Assembly (NCBI GenBank): GCA_934365155.1 | Contig: CAKRMZ010000004.1 | Span: 2,283 to 66,282, forward strand | DNA from: an uncultured Eubacteriales bacterium | GTDB taxonomy: Bacteria > Bacillota > Clostridia > Oscillospirales > CAG-272 | Direction: 5' to 3' | DNA: 64,000 nucleotides | Part shown: positions 47,375 through 55,896 of the stretch, piece after piece | Position numbering within the stretch: the stretch's first letter is position 1 | Layout: each line of letters starts with the position of its first letter | Notes under the pieces: model-generated | What the model saw: the letters and a program-made list of their open reading frames with translations, nothing else | What the model was told of the DNA's origin: nothing | The model's database searches: none | Translations under genes and position numbers: made by a program

Positions 47375-47902
47375 ATGAAACAACCGATTGAACATCAACT
47401 GGATTTTGAAAAACGAGCGGAGGATTTCTTGCATAAAGGAGTCTTAATGACGCGGGCCAACCTACGATATCCAAAGCTTTTACAAAGCTCCGAAAGCACC
47501 GCAAAAAAGCAAAAATGCATTGATTTCAACGCATTTTACCAAGAAATTGCCGACGCGTTTTTCAACTATATCGGCACCGTGGCTCTCCGTGAAGCCATTG
47601 CGGAATATGAGGCCGATAGTGATCCGAAAAAACGCTTTTTCCATCGGCCCGAAAACTTTCAAATGGATTTTTCCGAGCAGCGTTCCGATGATCGGTTGAC
47701 GATAAACCTGCAGCTATCCTATGCCTGCGGGCGAAAGAAGCAAAACACCGTATGGACGCAGCATTGGAACCTATCTTATCCGTCCGCACAACTATGCATT
47801 TCAAGCAAACAAAAAAGAAATAAAGTCAAACGGAAACCGCAAACGCAAAGCCGCCGTGAAACAAAAAAAGAAGTTGACAAGGACTCCCATCTTAGTGTAT
47901 AA
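47375..47902 (+). CDS. hypothetical protein with a strongly basic C-terminal tail
   Basis: ATG 47375 behind GGGTGA. I recognised no motif. The 3' end overlaps the promoter of the following tRNA. Confidence 0.4.
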   Translation: MKQPIEHQLDFEKRAEDFLHKGVLMTRANLRYPKLLQSSESTAKKQKCIDFNAFYQEIADAFFNYIGTVALREAIAEYEADSDPKKRFFHRPENFQMDFSEQRSDDRLTINLQLSYACGRKKQNTVWTQHWNLSYPSAQLCISSKQKRNKVKRKPQTQSRRETKKEVDKDSHLSV

Positions 47903-47903
47903 T
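47874..47903 (+). promoter_or_regulatory. sigma-A promoter for tRNA-CAU
   Basis: TTGACA, 18 nt, TATAAT, about 20 nt before the tRNA 5' end. Confidence 0.65.
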
Positions 47904-47922
47904 ATTTATCGTTCCGTATTAC

Positions 47923-47999
47923 GGGCCATTAGCTCAGTTGGTTAGAGCTACCGGCTCATAACCGGTTGGTCCTGGGTTCGAGTCCCCGATGGCCCACCA
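47923..47999 (+). tRNA. tRNA with anticodon CAU (elongator Met or lysidine-dependent Ile2), encoded CCA
   Basis: Acceptor GGGCCAT/ATGGCCC. Anticodon arm ACCGG-CTCATAA-CCGGT. T-loop TTCGAGT. The D-arm AGCTCAGTTGGTTAGAGC resembles Ile tRNAs. Confidence 0.85.
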
Positions 48000-48052
48000 A
48001 TGAAGTATAATCCGAACACTTGGTTCGTTATAGGGACTTTGTTCGGAAAAAC

Positions 48053-48098
48053 AATAAGACGCCGAATAGAGCTTATTACTCTACTCGGCGTCTTATTT
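48053..48098. terminator. bidirectional intrinsic terminator
   Basis: AATAAGACGCCGAATAGAG...CTCTACTCGGCGTCTTATT, flanked by an A-run and a T-run. Confidence 0.85.
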
Positions 48099-48127
48099 TT
48101 ATCTGCATTTTGCTACGAATCGTTTCA

Positions 48128-48874
48128 TTAACCGCGGTTCATAAAATCATACAGTCTCTTTAAAAACACACACATCATTTCACGCGTGCAATTTTCATGG
48201 AGCTTTAAATCTCCGTTCTCGTCACCGCACATAATGCGATTGTCTATCGCCCACTGTACTGCGTCCTTTGCCCATTCACTCGGGATATTGTCCTGTCGAT
48301 TCATAGGGGCCTCCTCTTTCTTTTCTGTATCGTATTCTATATAGGGTAATTTTCCGTGCTTTGCCCAGATTCGGTACGGAGCGGTGCGTCTTTTGTTTCC
48401 GAGGGACGTAATCTGTACCCCGTCTTTCCATGCCGGAGTGCACTCCACCACGGTATCGTCTGCAATGTAGATCCCGATATGCCCTCTCGTCCACACCACC
48501 TCGCCGGGAATAATGCTTGAAAAATCCTCGCTGATGTCATTACAATAGTCAATCATGGTATCTTCGCCGATATCCGGCACTCCGTTGGACTGATATACCG
48601 CGCCGCCGTATTCGTTCTCCGGATCGCCGTCCCAGCCCCACAGGATTGCTTTGATAAAGCAAACACAGTCAAAACCGTATACGGTTCCGTCATGGGAAAC
48701 CGCCTCATTGATTTGCTCTCGGCGATACGCTTGTGCATTGTAATCGTATGCTCGGATATATCGTCCGACGGTGGCGGCGTTCAACGGCGCTCCGAAGCAT
48801 CCCATGACATAAAGTGTAGAGTATCGATTCGCAATCCGCTGTGCTATATTAATAAATTCGCTGGCTTTCATCAT
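48128..48874 (-). CDS. leaderless NlpC/P60-like hydrolase with one C-terminal SLH-like module (endolysin-like)
   Basis: 248 aa with no signal peptide. Cys motif YGFDCVCFIK and His motif GHIGIYIADDTVVE. The C-terminal IPSEWAKDAVQWAIDNRIMCGDENGDLKLHENCTREMMCVFLKRL resembles an SLH repeat. Confidence 0.6.
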   Translation of the reverse strand: MMKASEFINIAQRIANRYSTLYVMGCFGAPLNAATVGRYIRAYDYNAQAYRREQINEAVSHDGTVYGFDCVCFIKAILWGWDGDPENEYGGAVYQSNGVPDIGEDTMIDYCNDISEDFSSIIPGEVVWTRGHIGIYIADDTVVECTPAWKDGVQITSLGNKRRTAPYRIWAKHGKLPYIEYDTEKKEEAPMNRQDNIPSEWAKDAVQWAIDNRIMCGDENGDLKLHENCTREMMCVFLKRLYDFMNRG

Positions 48875-49075
48875 CTTGATTCACCTTCTTCGGTTTCAGG
48901 TATTTTTCGGTGCTACGGTTTGCATCCACCAAGCCCCCACTGATAATATACGCTGCCGAAGCGGCTCCTGCCATAATAATGCTTGCCTCTTGTATTACGG
49001 TGCAATCCGTTTTGCTTTTGCAGCAAAAAAGGCAACTGCCGAAAACGGCAGTTGCCTTTGGAAAAGAGATTCCCG

Positions 49076-50926
49076 TTATCTGTTATACTTTTTCTTTTTG
49101 CTTACAAATGTCGTTCCGGCCAGAACGCTACCGCTGATAACGATCAGTACAGCGCCCAGCATAAACTCGCGACTGTCTCCGGTCTGCGGATTCTTGCCAT
49201 CGGAAGGTTGCACGACTGCAATTTCCTCCGTTTCAGCATAGGCGCAAACAGAACAGATATGTGTTTTCTCACCCTTTTCAGTCTCTGTCGCCTCTTTGGT
49301 CACTTTCCATTCGCCGTATTTGTGCGCTTCCTTATTTTGAATATCATGACAATCTTTACACTCGTTCCAGTGAGACGCTTTGTCATGTTCGATCTGGTAG
49401 TCATGAGCATGAGCGGTGTAAATATTTTCAAACGTCATCCGGTCAACCGGCTGACCTTCCCAGTCGAAATGATATTCATTCCCGTTATCCGTCTTTTCAA
49501 CGATACCCGGAAGAATTCTCACACCGAAAATTGTTTCGGAAGAATCGCCTTGAACATACTCCGGGATCAATGCCCAAACGGCATCGGAATAAGTCCAGCC
49601 CTCCTCGTCTCCTTTGATCTGGCGAACAACTGCGCCCTCGCATAGGAATCTCTCCACTTGAGATCTCGGGCCAGTGATAATCAGAGTTCCGTTATAACTG
49701 CCTTCGCCGTTGGTCGCAACGCTGCCGATACACTTTACATCAGCAACCGACTCTTCGCCGACATGGAATCGCACCACATCCAATGTGAAGGTCGTTTCCC
49801 CGGCATTGACATTATCTCCTAATTTGACCGTAGTGGTAAAAGGAGCCTCTATCGTATCAATGATCTCATTGGTTATGAAATGAACATTTTTATAAAGAGC
49901 AAAATATTGAGTACCGCTCGAAAGCAAATCAATTTCCGTTTCCGCAGAGTCTACCGCCTGTGCATATTTCAGCACATACCCGTCGGAAACCACGGGCACA
50001 CATTCGTCGGAAATTGCGGGAATATTGTTTTCATTTGTATTTTTCGCATCGATATCGGCAGCTTCTACAGTGATACTTTTGCCGCCCATCGGGTATTTGC
50101 CGTCAGTAATTACTTTCGCATTCCCTTTTATTAAAATATCGCCCAGTGTCCAGATCGCGCTGTCCGCGGTAGAGGTGCAATCTACTTTGCCGCCGTCGAT
50201 CGTCAAATTTCCCTCGGTATACAGAGCGGGATAATAGCTTTTTGCCGTCAGCTCGGAATTGATAATTTCAATTTTGCCCGACCCGTTCTCATTGCCCATA
50301 TATGCTGCGTTAAAATAATCGGCGGTCGCTTTCAGTTCAACCTCGCTTCCGTTTTTGACCGTTAATTCTTTCGCACTTGCAGCAGAATACATACTAACGG
50401 ATTTCACCTTTGCGTTATCAATGGAAATATTTCCTTTATTATAGGAAGTAATACCGCTGCCGTCTGTTGATTTTATATCAAGTTCTGCACCGTCGGATAT
50501 TTCAATGTTTCCGTTTAGCGTGTAAAGAGCATCCCATGTTACATCTATGGTAAGCTTTCCGTCACCGATAATATGATAATTAACGCTGTCACCGTCTGCA
50601 AGGATTCCGCCGCAATTTTCTAAAGTAATGCTGTTTGTTCCGGAAAGCTTGATAGTCAAATCTGCGTTTCCGATCACCCGGATACCGTATTTCGGATTAT
50701 CGCCGCTGTTGTCGCCGTTGGTAATTACAGCATTATCCAGTGTAAGCGTCTCTGTCGTCGGGTCGTAGGTTGCCGTTCCCTCTCCGCATGCAATAGAGAG
50801 CTTTGCGCTTGTAAACTGCTCCCCGTTTACATACAGGCCATAGCTTTCCTCGGCAAATGCTGCAATGGGCAGCACCCCTGCAACCATCACAAGACAAAGC
50901 AAAATTGCCAATAGTTTCTTTCTCAT
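49076..50926 (-). CDS. large secreted surface protein with beta-helix-like repeats and an NPQTG sortase signal
   Basis: 616 aa. Signal peptide MRKKLLAILLCLVMVAGVLPIAAFA and repetitive G/N/T-rich segments. The C-terminus is NPQTGD (49178-49192), a hydrophobic helix and KKKKYNR. Confidence 0.75.
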   Translation of the reverse strand: MRKKLLAILLCLVMVAGVLPIAAFAEESYGLYVNGEQFTSAKLSIACGEGTATYDPTTETLTLDNAVITNGDNSGDNPKYGIRVIGNADLTIKLSGTNSITLENCGGILADGDSVNYHIIGDGKLTIDVTWDALYTLNGNIEISDGAELDIKSTDGSGITSYNKGNISIDNAKVKSVSMYSAASAKELTVKNGSEVELKATADYFNAAYMGNENGSGKIEIINSELTAKSYYPALYTEGNLTIDGGKVDCTSTADSAIWTLGDILIKGNAKVITDGKYPMGGKSITVEAADIDAKNTNENNIPAISDECVPVVSDGYVLKYAQAVDSAETEIDLLSSGTQYFALYKNVHFITNEIIDTIEAPFTTTVKLGDNVNAGETTFTLDVVRFHVGEESVADVKCIGSVATNGEGSYNGTLIITGPRSQVERFLCEGAVVRQIKGDEEGWTYSDAVWALIPEYVQGDSSETIFGVRILPGIVEKTDNGNEYHFDWEGQPVDRMTFENIYTAHAHDYQIEHDKASHWNECKDCHDIQNKEAHKYGEWKVTKEATETEKGEKTHICSVCAYAETEEIAVVQPSDGKNPQTGDSREFMLGAVLIVISGSVLAGTTFVSKKKKYNR

Positions 50927-51081
50927 TATCGATCCTCCGTTTCGCCATCCCTTGACAGCTATTTTATTTTCAGTCTAAAAAACTGACACATATGTTATAT
51001 TATATAAGGTCGATATAATCGAAGTCAAGAAATTTGCAGCAAATATTCGTGAAGCAACTGTAAACATTCCACACAAGCCGT

Positions 51082-51125
51082 AAAGAGGGACGGCAGGTGC
51101 CTTTCGGTAGCTGCCGTCCCTCTTT
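51082..51125 (-). terminator. intrinsic terminator downstream of the DUF4430-like gene
   Basis: AAAGAGGGACGGCAG...CTGCCGTCCCTCTTT, a 15-bp stem. Confidence 0.7.
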
Positions 51126-51231
51126 ATGTATTCCGTTTTAAATCAACCCCAAGCTCCGCTTAAAATACGAAGCTTGGCCGTATAAATTCCCGTCATTCCG
51201 CAACAGAACGTTTTTTATACCCGGATCAAAG

Positions 51232-51687
51232 TCAGGATTCCACTTTAAACGAATACGTTGATCCGCTTACAATATCTGTAGAATCCACACCGGTAGATGC
51301 ATACTGACCGTCGATATAGAACGCCCAGTATTTTTTATCCGTGTCATAATCAACCGTTACACCGTTAACGGTTTTTACATACAAACCGTATGCGCCGTTT
51401 TCTCCCGCAATCAAATCAAGCTCTGTCAAGGCAGCACCTACCGTCTTTTTGTCGGTGTGAATCTCAAATCGGGTTTCGTTTCCTTCCGAATCGGTAACGG
51501 TAAAGTGAAACGTTGTTTCTCCTTCACCCAAAACACGCCCACTATCCCGGGGCTCTGTGTCTGTTACGGGAGCTTCGGTGTCTGTATCTGTGCCTTTCGG
51601 CGACTGACTTTTGCAGCCTACCATCAGCAAAACAAGCATCAAGGCAAGTATTACGTATCCGAGACGCATCCATTTTGTTTTTTTCAT
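51232..51687 (-). CDS. DUF4430-like lipoprotein
   Basis: Lipobox LMVGC. The C-terminal ...GLYVKTVNGVTVDYDTDKKYWAFYIDGQYASTGVDS... is typical of the DUF4430 fold. Confidence 0.65.
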   Translation of the reverse strand: MKKTKWMRLGYVILALMLVLLMVGCKSQSPKGTDTDTEAPVTDTEPRDSGRVLGEGETTFHFTVTDSEGNETRFEIHTDKKTVGAALTELDLIAGENGAYGLYVKTVNGVTVDYDTDKKYWAFYIDGQYASTGVDSTDIVSGSTYSFKVES

Positions 51688-51734
51688 TTGTTTTCCTCCT
51701 AATATGTCATTATAAATTGCAATAAATGCTCCAT

Positions 51735-53588
51735 TTAAAGAACCACACCCGAAAAATCCCGTTGCGTTTCTTTTGAAGTTTGGGACTCATGCGGCACGCG
51801 CTTGCCGCCGCCATCGAAAATCAAGAGCAAAAATAACGGATACAGCATTGTAATCGGCAAAATATATCGCATATTGCTGACCGGTCCCAACATATACGTT
51901 GCCCACAGAAGAAACGGGGGCAGGAGAATAATCAAATCCCGATACCGTCTTTTCCATATCAGACAGAACGCACTGCAAAGTATCGCCCACACCGGAGTGG
52001 TAATCGAGAAAAGATTTGATATCAAAGGAAGCTTTTGGAACAAGCTGTAATCGGCAACGCTTTCGTAAAAGCGATATAATCCCGGCAATTTGGAGTCCCT
52101 GACAACCGAATAGTTTTCATCCTCATAAATATACGTCTCAATATACTGCCTTTGGGAATATTCATCCACCGTGCTCGCATCGGGATACCAATACGGCAAA
52201 TTCAGATTTAAAAACGCCGTCACGTATTCTCCCGGATATCTGCACAGCAAACGGAACCACAGTTTATAAAAGGCCATCGGATCCGAATTGTAGTTTCCGG
52301 TTTTGAATCCGTACTTGATCGGATCGGCAAAACGGGGATTATAATCGGACAAAATGGTGTCATAATTTAAAAACCGATCGATTTCGAGGACAGTTTCCTC
52401 ACTCAATTCCTCCGCATGCCGTACCACGGTATACGCAATTTGCTGCATCGGCACCGAGAGTTTCTCGCGGTTGTTGCCGTCCTCCACCCGGAGCATGCGC
52501 ATTACCGGCCCATTAATAATAAAGAAAGATGCCAAGGCACACAGAAACAGCACATAGGTCTGAAGCCGGTACTTCTTTAAAAACAGAATCAAACACAGTG
52601 CAGTCGCAACAAAAACATAGATCGCATTGTTTCGAAGCAGGCAACAGAGCACAAGGGTGACAATGGTTGCCGCAAACTTCAACCGGTTCCGAAAGAATTC
52701 CTCGCTGTACCGAACCGCATCATAGATAAACAGAAAAGACAAAACAAAGAAAACGGAAAAGCACACGTCTTTGGTAGGAATGATAGAAAATATCGCAAAA
52801 ACCGGATTCAAAGCAAAATACAATGCCGAGATTGTAAAAAGGCTGTTTTTTGTCTGTCGACGACGGATATAGACCAAAGCATAAGCAAAGGTTGCTGCCA
52901 GCATGAGCATTTGAAGAATTCCGTAAACCACAAGCGGCTCTATATGTAAAAAGCGTCCGATCCCCATGCAAAGCTGCCAAAAGAAAGTATGCAGCGGCGG
53001 ATGGTATTTACTGTATGCGCAAACGCCCATCGCCTGCATATTCTGCCAAAGAATATCATAGGAATAAATCCCCGGATAATAGGCCAAAAAGCAAGGAATA
53101 TACAGCAAAAAAATACCGGCCCACAGTATAAAAAACAGAGAACTGTCGCTGCACGTATACAGTAGCATTTTCCCATTCGGAGAAACCGTATCGTGTTTTT
53201 CATAAACCGCAAGGACAAACGACGCAAAAGCACCGACCAATACCGTCAAGCCGATAACGGAAATCAAACCGGACAAAATCTGCTTCGGCGATTGAAACAG
53301 GCGGTCCAAATTACCGTTATCGTAAAGCGATTTTCCGATCACCGTCACTACGGCATAAAAAGCCGCAAAGATACCGGAGAGCCGCTTGGCTCTCGGCGGT
53401 TGTGCTTGCGCTTTGTCAATCAACACAAAAGAAACAAAAAACAGAATTCCGTTCAACGCCGTCCCAAAAACAATATTGCTTCCGGAAAACAAATAGCGCG
53501 TAACGCTGACGGTAACAAAGTATGCTAACATCAACTTGATAAAAACGGATATTCTGTTTCTCCATATCAAATTATTATGAAAACCCAT
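51735..53588 (-). CDS. polytopic membrane protein, GT-C-like glycosyltransferase candidate
   Basis: About 617 aa from ATG 53588 (RBS GAAGGAG), with at least 12 predicted hydrophobic helices and a C-terminal loop region. It lies directly downstream of a GtrB/CsbB-like GT2. Confidence 0.55.
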   Translation of the reverse strand: MGFHNNLIWRNRISVFIKLMLAYFVTVSVTRYLFSGSNIVFGTALNGILFFVSFVLIDKAQAQPPRAKRLSGIFAAFYAVVTVIGKSLYDNGNLDRLFQSPKQILSGLISVIGLTVLVGAFASFVLAVYEKHDTVSPNGKMLLYTCSDSSLFFILWAGIFLLYIPCFLAYYPGIYSYDILWQNMQAMGVCAYSKYHPPLHTFFWQLCMGIGRFLHIEPLVVYGILQMLMLAATFAYALVYIRRRQTKNSLFTISALYFALNPVFAIFSIIPTKDVCFSVFFVLSFLFIYDAVRYSEEFFRNRLKFAATIVTLVLCCLLRNNAIYVFVATALCLILFLKKYRLQTYVLFLCALASFFIINGPVMRMLRVEDGNNREKLSVPMQQIAYTVVRHAEELSEETVLEIDRFLNYDTILSDYNPRFADPIKYGFKTGNYNSDPMAFYKLWFRLLCRYPGEYVTAFLNLNLPYWYPDASTVDEYSQRQYIETYIYEDENYSVVRDSKLPGLYRFYESVADYSLFQKLPLISNLFSITTPVWAILCSAFCLIWKRRYRDLIILLPPFLLWATYMLGPVSNMRYILPITMLYPLFLLLIFDGGGKRVPHESQTSKETQRDFSGVVL

Positions 53589-53672
53589 AAAAAGCGCTCC
53601 TTCAAACATTTGCAAAAACTTGATAAAACAAAAGCTTTGCAAAAATACGGCTCGAACATTCCGGGTATTTCT

Positions 53673-54617
53673 TTAATCAACAGATTTCATTTTCGATTCA
53701 TACTCACTTTGCACGCGAAAAAGCTGGAATTCAAAATCCTGCCGATTTTTTCGCGCAACGGTAGAAAGAATCAGACCCGTAAAAAACGACTGCAAAGCCG
53801 CGGTCATCAAAAATATTCCGGGGAACAGCAACAGCCGCGTCGACAAAGACTCAGCCGGTAGTAAAAACGCCAATGCGCCGATCAGAAAAACCACAGACAA
53901 AAAAGAAAAGAAGCGCAGCGGTCGGAAATTTTTAAAAAGCCGCAAAATCGTACGTAGCACCTTAAACCCATCCGAATATGTGCGGAGCTTGGATTCGCTC
54001 CCTGCAGGACGGTCGCGGTAATCAATAATCACATTTTCAACCAACAAATTTTTGTCAATTGCATGGATGCTCATTTCCGTCTCAATCTCAAAGCCCTTTG
54101 ACAGCATCGGGAACGTTTTGACAAATAAATAACTGAACGCTCGGTAACCTGTCATAATATCTTTAATATTACTGCGAAACATAGAGTTAATACAAAAGCG
54201 CACCAGGCTGTTCCCGAAATTATGAAACGGGCGCTTGTTTTCGGTAAAGTACGTTGAAGAAAGACGGTCACCGACCACCATATCCGCACGGCCGCTCAGT
54301 ATTTTTTCGACCATCTCCGGGGCAAATTCCGCCGGATACGTATCATCCCCGTCTGCCATGATATAGCACTGTGCATCAATCTCCCGAAACATACGGCGAA
54401 TCACATTGCCTTTGCCCTGCTTATACTCATGCCGCACAACCGCACCGGCCGCTTGTGCCACGGCAGCCGTATCATCGGAGGAGTTGTTGTCATAAACGTA
54501 TATCGTTGCTTCCGGAAGATTCTTTTTAAAGTCTGCTACCACTTTCGCTATGGTTTGGCCTTCGTTATAGCACGGAATCAATACTGCGATTTTATCCAAA
54601 AATATGCACTCCCTCAA
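53673..54617 (-). CDS. GT2-family polyprenol-phosphate glycosyltransferase (GtrB/CsbB-like)
   Basis: IAVLIPCYNEGQTI...YVYDNNSSDDT...MADGDDTYP, plus two C-terminal TM helices. The true start may be TTG at 54597-54599. Confidence 0.8.
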   Translation of the reverse strand: MRECIFLDKIAVLIPCYNEGQTIAKVVADFKKNLPEATIYVYDNNSSDDTAAVAQAAGAVVRHEYKQGKGNVIRRMFREIDAQCYIMADGDDTYPAEFAPEMVEKILSGRADMVVGDRLSSTYFTENKRPFHNFGNSLVRFCINSMFRSNIKDIMTGYRAFSYLFVKTFPMLSKGFEIETEMSIHAIDKNLLVENVIIDYRDRPAGSESKLRTYSDGFKVLRTILRLFKNFRPLRFFSFLSVVFLIGALAFLLPAESLSTRLLLFPGIFLMTAALQSFFTGLILSTVARKNRQDFEFQLFRVQSEYESKMKSVD

Positions 54618-54734
54618 TGATTTTTTATCAAAAGTTTAAAAATATAAGCATAATACAGTACCAGTGATTATATCATAGAAAAACGGATACTGTCAAGGCA
54701 ATTAAAACACCGATATATACAGCCTCAACTAATA

Positions 54735-54772
54735 AAAAACGGGCAGAAACCCTTCTCTCTGCCCGTTTTTTT
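54735..54772. terminator. bidirectional intrinsic terminator overlapping the sleB stop codon
   Basis: AAAAACGGGCAG...CTGCCCGTTTTT. Confidence 0.85.
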
Positions 54773-55493
54773 ATTTTGCAAATACATGCGCTCCGATGGT
54801 AACAATCGTTTCGCGACTATGCATCCAAGCGGAATTTGTCTTTTTCGGATTATAAAAATAAATTGCTCCGTAAGTAGGATCCACTCCGTTTTGGGCGTCC
54901 TGAGCCGCGCGAAGGCAGCTATCCTCAAGCTTTACCCAAATTTGACCGTTCGCCACCGATGAAAAAGCGCCGCTTTGATAGATGACATCCGAAATTGTAT
55001 TCGGAAACGATGAATGCTTCACCCGGTTCAGCACCACCGCACCGACGGCGATCTGACCGAGATAGTCCTCTCCCCTCGCCTCCGCATTAATCAACCGCGC
55101 TAAAAGCAGCGTGTCACTGTCGTATCCCTGCAAGGCGCCGGATCCGCCCGATGAAGCAATCCCCAGAGAGGAAAGCGTTGCGTTCCCGGCAATTCCGTCC
55201 GCGCTGAGCCCCCGGTCGGCTTGATAGCGCCGAACCGCCTCCTCGGTTTTTGAACCGAAAATCCCGTCGATTTCTCCGCTGTAGTACCCGAGTTCAAACA
55301 GAGACGTCTGTAGCGTGCGAACCGCCTCTCCGTTTGATCCTCTGCTTAGCGAAGCCTGAACAGCGATTTCTTTCTTGCCTTGAATCCATGAAAAACACAT
55401 CGAATAAATTCCGAGTATAGCGGCAATAATAAGGACCGCGCAGATCAAACTCACGAAAAATGCACGCCCCCCGCCATTCATAACATTCTTCAT
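54771..55493 (-). CDS. sleB: spore cortex-lytic enzyme SleB-like (PG_binding_1 + Hydrolase_2)
   Basis: TM/signal segment. Peptidoglycan-binding repeat GEAVRTLQTSLFELGYYSGEIDGIFGSKTEEAVRRYQ. Catalytic domain LLARLINAEARGEDYLGQIAVGAVVLNRV. Confidence 0.8.
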   Translation of the reverse strand: MKNVMNGGGRAFFVSLICAVLIIAAILGIYSMCFSWIQGKKEIAVQASLSRGSNGEAVRTLQTSLFELGYYSGEIDGIFGSKTEEAVRRYQADRGLSADGIAGNATLSSLGIASSGGSGALQGYDSDTLLLARLINAEARGEDYLGQIAVGAVVLNRVKHSSFPNTISDVIYQSGAFSSVANGQIWVKLEDSCLRAAQDAQNGVDPTYGAIYFYNPKKTNSAWMHSRETIVTIGAHVFAK

Positions 55494-55571
55494 TCCAAGC
55501 CTCCTGTTTGAATTTCACACGCATATTTTTCACATATCTGCATAAATTTATACAAAAATCCGAAATCAATA

Positions 55572-55600
55572 TTGACAAAAAAAATCTTTTTTGCTATAAT
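55572..55600 (+). promoter_or_regulatory. consensus sigma-A promoter for tRNA-Gln
   Basis: TTGACA, 17 nt, TATAAT. Confidence 0.7.
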
Positions 55601-55637
55601 AGCCGTTGCAGTAGTAAAATACAAAGCACTTCTTTAT

Positions 55638-55711
55638 TGCGGATTTGTGTAATGGCAGCACGACAGACTCTGACTCTGTTTGTCTGGGTTCAAATCCTAG
55701 ATCCGCAGCCA
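55638..55711 (+). tRNA. tRNA-Gln (anticodon CUG), encoded CCA
   Basis: Acceptor TGCGGAT/ATCCGCA (a U1-A72 pair, typical of tRNA-Gln). Anticodon arm ACAGA-CTCTGAC-TCTGT. T-loop TTCAAAT. Confidence 0.85.
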
Positions 55712-55715
55712 AAGC

Positions 55716-55752
55716 AAAACAGCACCCATGCAAAGGGTGCTGTTTTTGTTTT
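55716..55752 (+). terminator. intrinsic terminator after tRNA-Gln
   Basis: AAAACAGCACCC-atgcaaa-GGGTGCTGTTTT followed by a T-run. Confidence 0.85.
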
Positions 55753-55896
55753 TACCGAAGCGTGGAATTTAAGCGATGAGAATTCAGACTCTCGCCAACC
55801 GTTGCTTTAAGAGCAGAAAGTGCGATGACTTTTCGCGTCTTCCGCTCTTTTTTATATTTCCAATCGTTGCAGATTTTCGCCTGCCTTTTTCTTTTT

